51,282 bases of DNA, taken from Bdellovibrionota bacterium. GTDB lineage: Bacteria; Bdellovibrionota_C; UBA2361; OMII01. The stretch is from the NCBI GenBank assembly GCA_044356215.1, contig JBIKWQ010000013.1:1-51282 (forward strand), written 5' to 3'. Below the pieces are notes generated by a model. It saw nothing but the letters and a program-made list of their open reading frames with translations, searched no databases and had not been told where the DNA came from. Below are positions 1 to 8,918 of this stretch, one piece after another. Made by a program: the position numbers and the translations under genes. Numbering within the stretch: the stretch's first letter is position 1; each line of letters opens with the position of its first letter.

Positions 1-16
1 CTTTAGCGAAGGTCGG

Positions 17-123
17 AAGTGTATCCGCTGTGATACATTGAGGATTTTTTCCCATCTCGAAAACTCGAAGAGCAGCTCAAGATCCGCTTTCGCAGTAGGG
101 AGGGGTTTTGCCGGCCTTCCTTA
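17..123. repeat. Right arm of GGAAG-ended palindromic MITE-like element (copy of 16444-16550)
   Basis: 107 bp identical to 16444-16550 except 2 substitutions; terminal TTA (121-123) is the yaeQ stop codon on the minus strand. Confidence 0.9.
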
Positions 124-717
124 GGTATTGACCCCCTCCTCCCCAGCTATCGACCCCTGAAAAGCCTCCCATATATCGATATTAATTATCTCAGACTCTA
201 AATCTAGCTCATCAATTGAGAGATAGAACCGGTCATCGATCACAGAGACTCGCCAATAAGGGCTCGATGACTCGCAATCAATTAAACGACCTAGAAACTC
301 TGAATCTAATTTATAGAACCGAACATTCTCAACCCAGTTCGTTTTGCTTCCTCGCAGATAGTGGCAAAACCTCGCTATATCATCTTCTTGGTAGAAGTAG
401 ATCCTGTGCTCAGCGTTCGGATGTTGTTTGAGTGATAGCTCAAGTTTGCGTTTCTCAGGTGCTCCCACCACAAGCCATAGGTTAGTCGCGCCGATCTCAT
501 CACGAACGACAACTGTCGGTTCCTTTGAATCATCAATTAGATTGGTGAATGTGACCGCCGATCGATATGAATGAATGTAGGCTATTAGACGCGCGTAAAA
601 GTGCTCATGAGACTCTAGTTCATGTCTTGGAATCTTAATCCGAAAAGAGCTAAAGATCCCACTGTCAGCGTGATTAAGCTCGATAGTGAAGGAATAAAAC
701 GCGGCGACAAAAGTCAT
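121..717 (-). CDS. yaeQ: YaeQ family protein
   Basis: Y-x-F-x-I-E-L-x-H-x-D N-terminus, RHELESHEHFYARLIAY, EP..VRDEIG..LW..VGAP pattern; start placed at ATG 717. Confidence 0.75.
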   Translation of the reverse strand: MTFVAAFYSFTIELNHADSGIFSSFRIKIPRHELESHEHFYARLIAYIHSYRSAVTFTNLIDDSKEPTVVVRDEIGATNLWLVVGAPEKRKLELSLKQHPNAEHRIYFYQEDDIARFCHYLRGSKTNWVENVRFYKLDSEFLGRLIDCESSSPYWRVSVIDDRFYLSIDELDLESEIINIDIWEAFQGSIAGEEGVNT

Positions 718-811
718 GTCGCCTTGCATAGCGCATCGGCGCGCGCTTATCAATCCATGAGGCAAGTTAAGCAGTCACGACGGGCGGAGATGGCGCCGCC
801 CGTCGTGGTGG

Positions 812-1444
812 TTACACAACGTGTACCGGTTCCTCTAGATTCTCAAGCCCCTCCGCGGAGTTGCAAACAGCCGCGTAGTGAGACTTTAACTGCTCCCTCA
901 TCAGGAGCCGCGATCTGTGGAGCCTACTCTTCACCGCGGGTACCGATAGCTGCAGAACTTGGCTTACAGCCTCATTCGAGAGCCCATCGATATCGCGTAG
1001 AACAAAGATGGCGCGGTACTCGTCCGGAAGTTTCTCAACGGCGCCCTGGATCGCTTCGCGCAACTCGTGTCGCGAGCTCATCAGGTCAACATCAAACATC
1101 TCGGTACGATTACCCACCCAGTTCTGGCGAGTGGTCGGCTCGATCTCATCTATTGAAACGGTCCTGCGGCGGTTGCGGGCGCGAATCTTCATAAAGCTCG
1201 AATTCATCGTCACCCGGTACAGCCAGCTTGAGAATTGAGCCTTATGCTCAAAGCTCCCAAGTTTGGTAAAGACCGTTATAAACACGTCCTGAAGGATCTC
1301 CTCGGCATCCTCCTGGCTACGTGTTATCCTCATGGCTAAGTTGAGGACCTTGGATCCATATCTCTCAAGTAGCTCTTCAAAGCAGCTCTCTTCTCTCTTT
1401 AGTACACCCTTAACAAGTTCAGCGTCTGTTCTTCGCGTCGTCAT
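812..1444 (-). CDS. ECF-type RNA polymerase sigma-70 factor (RpoE-like)
   Basis: DAEEILQDVF, FSSWLYRV, region 4 LPDEYRAIFVLRDIDGLSNE..AVKSRLHRSR; GGAGGGG SD before ATG 1444. Confidence 0.9.
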   Translation of the reverse strand: MTTRRTDAELVKGVLKREESCFEELLERYGSKVLNLAMRITRSQEDAEEILQDVFITVFTKLGSFEHKAQFSSWLYRVTMNSSFMKIRARNRRRTVSIDEIEPTTRQNWVGNRTEMFDVDLMSSRHELREAIQGAVEKLPDEYRAIFVLRDIDGLSNEAVSQVLQLSVPAVKSRLHRSRLLMREQLKSHYAAVCNSAEGLENLEEPVHVV

Positions 1445-1723
1445 GGTTCCCCTCCACAAAACGATACGTGATGGGGATCACACTGACATATCGCCTGGGG
1501 TGAATTGTCACGGATTTGTAAAAAGATCGTTATAAAGGTACGATTCCGCGAATCCAAAAAGGGGACTAAGGTGTCGTCCAAAAGCCGTTTTGGCGAGGTT
1601 AAGGCTGTAATTTGAATGGGTTACGAGCGGTCCTCCGATTTTGAGCTGCTGACAGAGCCAGGCGGTCATGGCATCATAGAGCGGTCGATTTAATGGATTT
1701 TTAAAGATAGTTGGAGATTGATT

Positions 1724-2008
1724 ATGTCCAGAAAAGTTTTCTGCTCTAAATTCAAGAAAGAGATGGATGGACTTGATAAGCCACCTTTTAGTGGAGAGAT
1801 GGGTAAAAAGATCTACGAGAACGTATCCGCAGAGGCATGGAACCTCTGGAGTAAGGATATGCAGATTAAAGTTCTCAATGAATACCGATTGAATATGGCC
1901 GATCCACGCGATTATAAGGTTCTCGTTGATCAGATGACGCGCTTCTTAGGACTAGAGGAGGGAAGTGTCGCAGAGGTAGAGAATGCTGAGCGCGGTCGGA
2001 AACAATGA
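1724..2008 (+). CDS. yggX: Oxidative damage protection / Fe(II)-trafficking protein
   Basis: MSRKVFCSKFKKEMDGLDKPPFSGEMGKKIYENVSAEAW..NEYRLN signature; GGAG SD. Confidence 0.9.
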   Translation: MSRKVFCSKFKKEMDGLDKPPFSGEMGKKIYENVSAEAWNLWSKDMQIKVLNEYRLNMADPRDYKVLVDQMTRFLGLEEGSVAEVENAERGRKQ

Positions 2009-2796
2009 GACTAGCGATCGTCGGCGTTGGAAATTTAGGTGGCGCTTTAGCTGAGCGGCTTCTAGTGTCCGGTTTCTGTCGCGATGATCTAGCAGTCGTT
2101 ACAAGAGGGTCTGAAAGCTCCTTAAAACGCTGCGAAAAGCTCGGGCTAGATCCGAAAGAAATAACGGATGTAAGTTCCTTCGACGTTATAATCCTAACTG
2201 TTAAGCCACAGGATACAGCCGCAATCTGCTCGGAAATTAGGGGTATTTTGCGCTCCGAGATGTTAGTCGTCTCTTTAATGGCTGGCATTCCGACGGCGAA
2301 AATTAGAGATCTGCTTGATCACGCGCTAGTTGCTCGAGCGATGCCTAATTTAGGAACAGTAGTCGGCCAGAGCGCTACGGCGTATTTCGCGCCAAGAGAG
2401 ATATCAGAGGCACAGCGCTTATTTCTTCAGCGAATCTGTGGTGCGTGCGGGAGATCTTTTCAAGTTGCTGATGAGAGCCTGTTAGATCTCGCCACCGCCG
2501 TGGCCGGTTCGGGCCCAGCTTATCTCTGCTGGCTGGGAGAGCAGTTAGAGCGTGTGGCGTTAGACGAGGGGTTCTCAAACGCCGACGCGCACGCTGTCGT
2601 GCTGCAAACTTTTAAAGGAGCCGTCGCTTATCTTGAACAGAGTGGTGAAAGCTTCGGCGCGCTGCGCGCTAAGGTGACCTCACCTCAAGGGACAACAGAG
2701 GCAGCGATAAAAACCCTCTCTGATCACGATACCGAGGAGATAGTTAAGTCAGCGGTTCGCGCGGCGCTCGAGCGTGCGCGAGAGTTGGGAAGATGA
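2005..2796 (+). CDS. proC: Pyrroline-5-carboxylate reductase
   Basis: GVGNLG, VKPQ, SLMAG, RAMPN, GSGPAY, VTSPQGTT motifs. Confidence 0.93.
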   Translation: MRLAIVGVGNLGGALAERLLVSGFCRDDLAVVTRGSESSLKRCEKLGLDPKEITDVSSFDVIILTVKPQDTAAICSEIRGILRSEMLVVSLMAGIPTAKIRDLLDHALVARAMPNLGTVVGQSATAYFAPREISEAQRLFLQRICGACGRSFQVADESLLDLATAVAGSGPAYLCWLGEQLERVALDEGFSNADAHAVVLQTFKGAVAYLEQSGESFGALRAKVTSPQGTTEAAIKTLSDHDTEEIVKSAVRAALERARELGR

Positions 2797-2843
2797 CGTA
2801 ACCAACTGATATTATGGTGTAAATACATCTCGGATAATTCCCC

Positions 2844-2871
2844 TCAAGGAATTTTGACACTACTCCGAATA
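2844..2871 (+). promoter_or_regulatory. Possible sigma28 (FliA) promoter upstream of fliS
   Basis: TCAA-N16-TCCGAATA resembles TAAA-N15/16-GCCGATAA; flagellar context; degenerate match. Confidence 0.3.
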
Positions 2872-2947
2872 CTCATTTAGCAGGCGGTACTGGCGTTTAT
2901 TTAGCGGTATTAAGCAAGCGCCGACTAAGTAGGAAAGTTAGATCAGT

Positions 2948-3400
2948 ATGTACGGCAAACAAGCTCACAGCACCTATCAGCAGGTTCAGATAACTACGAC
3001 CGATCGTGGACGTCTGTTATTAATGATGTACGAAGGGGCGTTGAAGTTTCTGAAACAATCAAAGCTAGGGCTTGAAGAGAAGGATATAGCCAAATTCTGT
3101 AAATACCTTGGCAAATCGCAGGCGATCATCGCTGAGCTGATGAATACGTTAGATTTCGAGAAGGGCGGTAGCATCGCTGTTGATCTAGAGCGACTCTATG
3201 ACTTTATGCTTTTTTACCTAAGTGAGGCGAATCTTTATCGAGACACCGAGAGGATCGATAAAGTAATAGGCTTGATTGATAAGATCTATTCAGCGTTTAA
3301 AGAGATCATCGAAGGCGGCAAGCATCTTGAATCCGATAGTCCTGAGGAACAGGCAGCGAAGATGGGAGAGGCGCTTAAGAGGGTGCAGATAAGTCTTTAG
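2948..3400 (+). CDS. fliS: Flagellin export chaperone FliS
   Basis: LLLMMYEGA..KSQAIIAELMNTLDFEKGGSIAVDLERLYDFM..L.EAN. Confidence 0.93.
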   Translation: MYGKQAHSTYQQVQITTTDRGRLLLMMYEGALKFLKQSKLGLEEKDIAKFCKYLGKSQAIIAELMNTLDFEKGGSIAVDLERLYDFMLFYLSEANLYRDTERIDKVIGLIDKIYSAFKEIIEGGKHLESDSPEEQAAKMGEALKRVQISL

Positions 3401-3582
3401 TGCTTGCAAAAACCATAAGTATCTTCAGTTTGTTAAGAGCAGATCTGGTGTTCTGATCAAATTTTTCAGCAGCTTTATCTAGTTCCTTCGCATCTTTAGT
3501 CATGTGACACGGGTCTCCGCATAAGTGGCAAGCTCCGCCGCTTGGTCGACCGTGGGCTGAATTTCAGGATGCGAATAATACG

Positions 3583-6387
3583 ATGAAGCCATTATCAACT
3601 ATCGCTAATTGCATGCGCCAAGATTGGGATCGCCGCGTTGAGCACGATTACCGTTTCTGGATCGCGAATGAGATCTCATCACAGTCTCTAATTTGGGAGG
3701 AGGGCGAGCGTGATTTCTCCCAGATTATCTCAGGAATTAATTTAACGAATCGAGATGTAGCTCTTGAGATCGGCTGCGGTGTTGGTCGGATGTTACCGGC
3801 GGCTAATAAGATCTTCCGCTCGGTTATCGGTGTGGATGTATCGCCACGGGCGATCTCTAAAGCTAAGGAGCTGTGTGAGTCTCTTAATCAGGACAGCCTC
3901 CAGATTGACCTCATAAATACGACCGGATCTGATCTGCAAGGGGTTCCGTCTAAGTCAATTGATCTTGTTTGGAGCTTCGCGGCGTTGCCGCATATGCCAA
4001 CTCGCATTTTCGCGGCGTATTTGACCGAGATTAAGCGAGTGTTGCGAGAGACTGGGGTCGCAAGATTACAGGTCTTTGTTGGACAGCAGGATAATCCAGC
4101 CGAGAGCGACACACTAAGGATGCGAGCCTACACCGAGAGCGCTATAAAGAAAGCGGTGACACTTGCAGGGTTAAAACTGACAGCGATAACCCAGGTTAGT
4201 ATGCCCCTGCAGGAGCTCTTAGAGGAGCTTTACTTACAACCGGTCCTGATCACACTAGAGCCGGACCAAGCAGGGTCGAAAGATCTAGACGAGATAGTCG
4301 CAGTGTTGCTGCCGCAAGGCGCAGAGCCCGAGGAAGCTGATATATCGTGCACGGAGTTCGAGGCGTGGATCGCTTTGCATTACGCTGATAGGTTGTATCA
4401 AGATGGTGAATATGACAGAGCGAAATCAGCTTTAGAGTATGTCGCTCAGCACTGCAGAGCCGCGGAGGTCGATGTACGCGAGGCCTTAAAGAAGTTATCT
4501 CAGCTCGCGGCAGAGAGGCAGGTAAGTGCTCATATGGCCGAGACTCAAGGTAAGACTGAGATCTATGACGCTAATTGCGAGGTGTTAAAGAGGCGCTTTC
4601 CTGAGATTTTTAATCAGTTGAGCGCAGAGCTCGCTACACAGAATCTACAAGTCGAGGTAAAAGCCAGCGCGGAAGGTCCAGTTTTGTGGGTCGGCCAGAC
4701 ATGCTTGGACCACCCTGAAAAACCGGTGTTAGCCGGGGATACATGGGCTAAACGCGCGAGAAACGATTCACGTTTAGCTAAGTGTCCACACATAGTAGTG
4801 GTAGGTTTCGCAGCGGGATATCACCTAGAGAGTTTAGTGAATAATGGAACTCAAGTAATATCTTGTGTCGAGACGAGTCTCGAAGTTCTGCGCAAGGCTT
4901 TAGAGGTTCGTAATCTTCGTCCGCTACTTGAAAAGCTAGCGTCGCTAACGATCTCAGAGAATGGGCTGCCAGACAATTTAGAGCCCGACGCAGAGATTAT
5001 AGTCAGACCTCAGACCCTGGTCATAGCTGGTGAAGCCGCGCAAACTATCTCAAGAAACTTTAATTCACGAAGAGGATCAGCGAACCTGCGGCCTAAGATG
5101 GCCGTGCTTGGGCCCCTGCACGGAGGAACGCTGCCGATCGGTCACTACACAACATCAGCGCTTAATAAACTCGGTAAAGCCGTTCGTGGCCTCGATATGA
5201 GCGGCTTTAACGGCGGCTTTGAAATGATCAACTCACTGACTAAGAACGATATAAGACAGCAGGTCTGCCGTCAGACCTACGTAGAGATGGTTTCATCGAT
5301 ATTACTCGAGTCATTTACTGAGAAGCCGATCGATATATTAATCTGCATGGCGCAGGCACCGATCTCAGGGAGAGCCCTCTCAGAGCTGCGTAGAAAAGGG
5401 GTGATTACTGTTCTATGGTTCGTTGAGGACTACTTGCGTTTTACCTATTGGAAAGACTACGCCAAGTATTTCGACTACGTCTTCACTATTCAAAAGGGCG
5501 AGTGCATCGACGCGATACGGAAAGCAGGAGCCGCTAACGTACATTATTTACCTACAGCATGCGATCCTGTGATTCATGCCCCTGTTAGCTTGACACCTGA
5601 GGAGCGGGCGCGTTGGGGATCTCCGATCTCATTTGTGGGTGCTGGTTATCACAATCGTCGTCAGACATTCGCCAGTTTAGCGCATCTGCCGTTTAAGATC
5701 TGGGGAACTGAGTGGCCAGCTTGCAAACCCTTTGATCGACTTATTCAGGAGGCGGGTCGCAGGCTTACTCCAGAGGAGTATATTAAGATCTTTAACAGCA
5801 CTGATATCAATCTCAACCTGCACTCAAGTAATGAGCGTGACGGAGTTGACCCAACAGGCGACTTTATTAATCCACGAACTTTTGAGCTGGCCGCCTGCGG
5901 AGTGTTCCAGTTAGTCGATGAGAGATCTCTTCTAGCTGAGGTTTTCGAGGCGGGTAAAGAGGTGGCTACGTTCTCAACAGTAGCTGAGCTTAAAGATAAA
6001 ATCTCTTACTACATGGAGCATCCAGAGGAGCGAGAGATAATAGCCAGGGCGGGAAGAGCTAGAGCTTTAAAAGATCACACTTATGAAAAACGCCTTGAGC
6101 AGATGCTAGAAATTATCTACGGAGCTTCTTATCAGCAGTTAAGGCAGCGAGCGAGCGAGAATCCGTGGGTTGAGATGATCCGGAAAGCCGAATTTGATCC
6201 GGAGCTGCGCGAGCGTTGCGAGCGAGCCTTTGCTCGGGGTGATGAGCCGCAGCTCGATGGGCTAGTCGCGGATATAGCGCTTGGACAGGGGCAGTTAACG
6301 GAGACGGAGCAGAAGCTCCTATTTCTGTTTCATGTCAGAAAACAGATTATTCGCATGGAGCACGAAGGGGCCGGAGTAAGGAACTAA
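3583..6387 (+). CDS. Fusion: class I SAM methyltransferase + TPR-like helix + Maf-like N-terminal region + CgeB-family glycosyltransferase
   Basis: LEIGCGVGR (SAM motif I); YDANCEVLKRRFPE..VVGFAAGYHL..CVE (Maf-like); LWFVED, YLPTACDP, SFVGAGYHNR, INLNLH, NPRTFELAACG, RALKDHTYEKR (CgeB/Glyco_trans_1_2). Confidence 0.75.
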   Translation: MKPLSTIANCMRQDWDRRVEHDYRFWIANEISSQSLIWEEGERDFSQIISGINLTNRDVALEIGCGVGRMLPAANKIFRSVIGVDVSPRAISKAKELCESLNQDSLQIDLINTTGSDLQGVPSKSIDLVWSFAALPHMPTRIFAAYLTEIKRVLRETGVARLQVFVGQQDNPAESDTLRMRAYTESAIKKAVTLAGLKLTAITQVSMPLQELLEELYLQPVLITLEPDQAGSKDLDEIVAVLLPQGAEPEEADISCTEFEAWIALHYADRLYQDGEYDRAKSALEYVAQHCRAAEVDVREALKKLSQLAAERQVSAHMAETQGKTEIYDANCEVLKRRFPEIFNQLSAELATQNLQVEVKASAEGPVLWVGQTCLDHPEKPVLAGDTWAKRARNDSRLAKCPHIVVVGFAAGYHLESLVNNGTQVISCVETSLEVLRKALEVRNLRPLLEKLASLTISENGLPDNLEPDAEIIVRPQTLVIAGEAAQTISRNFNSRRGSANLRPKMAVLGPLHGGTLPIGHYTTSALNKLGKAVRGLDMSGFNGGFEMINSLTKNDIRQQVCRQTYVEMVSSILLESFTEKPIDILICMAQAPISGRALSELRRKGVITVLWFVEDYLRFTYWKDYAKYFDYVFTIQKGECIDAIRKAGAANVHYLPTACDPVIHAPVSLTPEERARWGSPISFVGAGYHNRRQTFASLAHLPFKIWGTEWPACKPFDRLIQEAGRRLTPEEYIKIFNSTDINLNLHSSNERDGVDPTGDFINPRTFELAACGVFQLVDERSLLAEVFEAGKEVATFSTVAELKDKISYYMEHPEEREIIARAGRARALKDHTYEKRLEQMLEIIYGASYQQLRQRASENPWVEMIRKAEFDPELRERCERAFARGDEPQLDGLVADIALGQGQLTETEQKLLFLFHVRKQIIRMEHEGAGVRN

Positions 6388-6390
6388 ATC

Positions 6391-8052
6391 ATGAAGAAGC
6401 GACACCCACACAAAAATAAAGTTTTGCTGGTCAACATCACCCGCCTGGGAGATATGCTGCAGGCAACGCCAACTATCGCCGGTATTAAACGTGAAAATCC
6501 AGATTGCCATACCACCGTACTGGTGGAGAAACAGTTCGCGGATATCTGTCATGTTCTGCCCAATATCGACAGAGTGGTTAGCATAGATCTTAATTACACT
6601 TGCCGGTCACTTGCGGCTGAGCAGTCCGGAATTATTGACGCTTATAAGTACGTGTCTGAATTAGTAGATGGGCTTCAAGAGGAGAGCTTTGATTACTGCT
6701 TAAATATGTCCTCTTCCGCGTATACCGCTCTTTTACTCAAATTACTTAATATTCCAAAGACAGGAGGTTGGACCGCGGATGAAGAGGGGTACAGAGTGAT
6801 TGAGTCTGATTGGGCGCGCCTCTTCGCGACCTCAGTGCACTATCAGAATAGGCAGTATAATTCCCTTAACCTCGTTGACGTTTTTCGCTGCTCAGCGGAC
6901 GTGGAAGATCATCCGCATAAGCTACAGGTCAATATCCTACCTGAAGCAAAGAGATATGCAGAGGATTTAATAAGGAGCGCTGGCTTTACTAATTTCGGCC
7001 CATTGATTGCGGTTCAAGCTGGTGCCAGCCAGGCTAAGCGTCAGTGGTCGCCAGCTTTATTTGTTGAGATGGTAAAGATCCTCGATCGTGAATACAACGC
7101 GCGGATCATACTTACCGGATCTCCAAAAGAGATTTCGATCGTCCAGCCGATACTTGATGGATGTAATTCGCCAAACGTGTTCTCGGCTGTCGGAAAAACC
7201 TCGATTCCGCAATTAGCGGCCCTTCTCAAGGAGTGTCAGGTTCTTGTGACTGGAGATACTGGGCCGATGCATATCTCGGTGGCAGCAGGAACTCCAGTTG
7301 TGGCGATGTTTTTAGCCTCGGCGTATGGATTTGAGACAGGGCCCTATAGTGAGGGAAATATAGTATTACAGCCGGTTATTGGATGTGGTCCGTGTAATCC
7401 AAACAAATCCTGCAGTAGACCTGATTGCCACGATACGATATCGCCGCGATTAATGGCGGATCTCACGATGGCTCGAGTAGCTGGGGAGGTTACATCGATA
7501 TCCCGTGAGCAGGCAGATCCCCGAAGTGTGATGGTGTACAGATCAGTTTTTGATCAGTATGGATTCTGTGATCTTAAGCCGATTAACTCCTCAGATGGAG
7601 ACTCGTTTGCGCGCTACCGCGACGCTTATCGAAAACTTTGGTTAAACGATCTCGGTGGATACGAGGTACATGGAGACGTAGGAAGTCGTAAGCGTTCGTC
7701 TCGATCGAGTTTGGCGATGGCTGATGAAGGAGTTGATGGACTGCGCGAGATAGCCGATTGCGCCCAGAGAGGACAGGAGCTGATGCGACAGCTAAAGGAG
7801 CAGATCCTGGACACGCGAGCGCCGGGCTCAATACTGCAAAGAACAAATCTTGAGATAGTCAAATTAGACCGTGATATTGAGGAGTTAGGATATCACTATG
7901 AGCCGATAGGGGCGCTTGCCAAGATGTTTATGTTCGCTAAAGAGAATTTGGCGGGATCCGATCCCTTATCTTTAGCATCTCAAATGGACAGCGTATATCA
8001 CAACCTCGGTCGGTGGTGCCAGAAGTTCGGACACTTCTACCGGGAGAGCTAG
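6391..8052 (+). CDS. Glycosyltransferase family 9 protein with C-terminal helical extension
   Basis: RLGDMLQATP, GASQAKRQW, VGKTSIPQLAALL, TGDTGPMHISVAAGTP, CGPC..C..DC cluster. Confidence 0.85.
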   Translation: MKKRHPHKNKVLLVNITRLGDMLQATPTIAGIKRENPDCHTTVLVEKQFADICHVLPNIDRVVSIDLNYTCRSLAAEQSGIIDAYKYVSELVDGLQEESFDYCLNMSSSAYTALLLKLLNIPKTGGWTADEEGYRVIESDWARLFATSVHYQNRQYNSLNLVDVFRCSADVEDHPHKLQVNILPEAKRYAEDLIRSAGFTNFGPLIAVQAGASQAKRQWSPALFVEMVKILDREYNARIILTGSPKEISIVQPILDGCNSPNVFSAVGKTSIPQLAALLKECQVLVTGDTGPMHISVAAGTPVVAMFLASAYGFETGPYSEGNIVLQPVIGCGPCNPNKSCSRPDCHDTISPRLMADLTMARVAGEVTSISREQADPRSVMVYRSVFDQYGFCDLKPINSSDGDSFARYRDAYRKLWLNDLGGYEVHGDVGSRKRSSRSSLAMADEGVDGLREIADCAQRGQELMRQLKEQILDTRAPGSILQRTNLEIVKLDRDIEELGYHYEPIGALAKMFMFAKENLAGSDPLSLASQMDSVYHNLGRWCQKFGHFYRES

Positions 8053-8077
8053 GCTTAGGGGGCAGGGAAGGGGTTTT

Positions 8078-8680
8078 ATGATACAAGTTTCGATTAACAA
8101 CGAGATAGCTAATTTTGATCTCACTAATATAGTGAAGTTTACAGATCTTCTTGAGCTAGTTAAGACTCGCATAGATCCCGAGCATATGATCACGGCGATA
8201 ACGATCGATGGTCGCGAGCTAACCGATGACGAGTGGAGTCAGTCTGTTGCCCAGCTTCAAGGTGAATGCCTTGAGTTATTAACAGGACATCCAGATAATT
8301 ACGTCAGTGAAAAACTACAGGACGCTTCGCGAGTTGTGCGTTCATGTTTCTTCGAGTTCCGCGACGCCCGTAAGGGTTTTCAAGATGGTGATACAGTTTC
8401 TGGAAATAAGCGTTTGAAGGTAGCAGTAGATACGCTACGAGCTTTCTTTGATTGGTATGGAACTCTAGTTCAGTTAGTCTCAGAGACGAAGCGTGGCCGC
8501 CTTGATATCTCTCCACAAGTTACAGAGATCTCAGAGACCTGCAAAAAGATCTGTCAGCAGCAGTTATACCAATCTTGGTGGGCCTTGGGAGAGAGCTTAG
8601 AGAAAGAGCTTGAGCCCAAGCTCGATAAGTTAGAGGATGCCTGCCGTCGCGTCGCCCGGGAGATTCAGGCGTCTGCTTAG
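8078..8680 (+). CDS. Hypothetical protein (small beta N-terminal domain plus helical bundle) in the glycosylation locus
   Basis: 200-aa ORF with host-like composition, co-oriented between two GT genes, purine-rich SD-like upstream. Confidence 0.7.
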   Translation: MIQVSINNEIANFDLTNIVKFTDLLELVKTRIDPEHMITAITIDGRELTDDEWSQSVAQLQGECLELLTGHPDNYVSEKLQDASRVVRSCFFEFRDARKGFQDGDTVSGNKRLKVAVDTLRAFFDWYGTLVQLVSETKRGRLDISPQVTEISETCKKICQQQLYQSWWALGESLEKELEPKLDKLEDACRRVAREIQASA

Positions 8681-8787
8681 GAAGCGTAGACAAAAGTTTA
8701 CTAGCGCTAATTTTCGATCGGTAACGGCGCGAGCGTACCGTCTATAATAAAACATCTCATAAGCGAGCCATTGCCGGCCCTCCCTAG
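8678..8787. repeat. Degenerate member of the GGAAG-ended repeat family
   Basis: Left end TAGGAAGCGTAGACAAAA overlaps the stop codon; reverse complement of right end CTAGGGAGGGCCGGCAATGGCTCGCTTA matches 44837 CTAGGGAAGGCCGGCAAAACCTCGCTTA; TCGGTAACGGCGC shared with 44878-44890. Confidence 0.7.
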
Positions 8788-8918
8788 ACAAAACAGGGAC
8801 TTAATAGATTCTATAGACTTCTCTGCATTCTCCAAGATTTTTTCCGAAACCAATCCTCAACACTCGCATCCTAACATCTACGCCCTGGAATATGTGGGGC
8901 ATTAGGAGAGAAGAAACG

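Noticed and set aside
622..1194. 190-aa plus-strand ORF and the other short overlapping ORFs in the track
   Set aside because: Antisense or alternate-frame shadows of well-supported genes with no recognisable motifs
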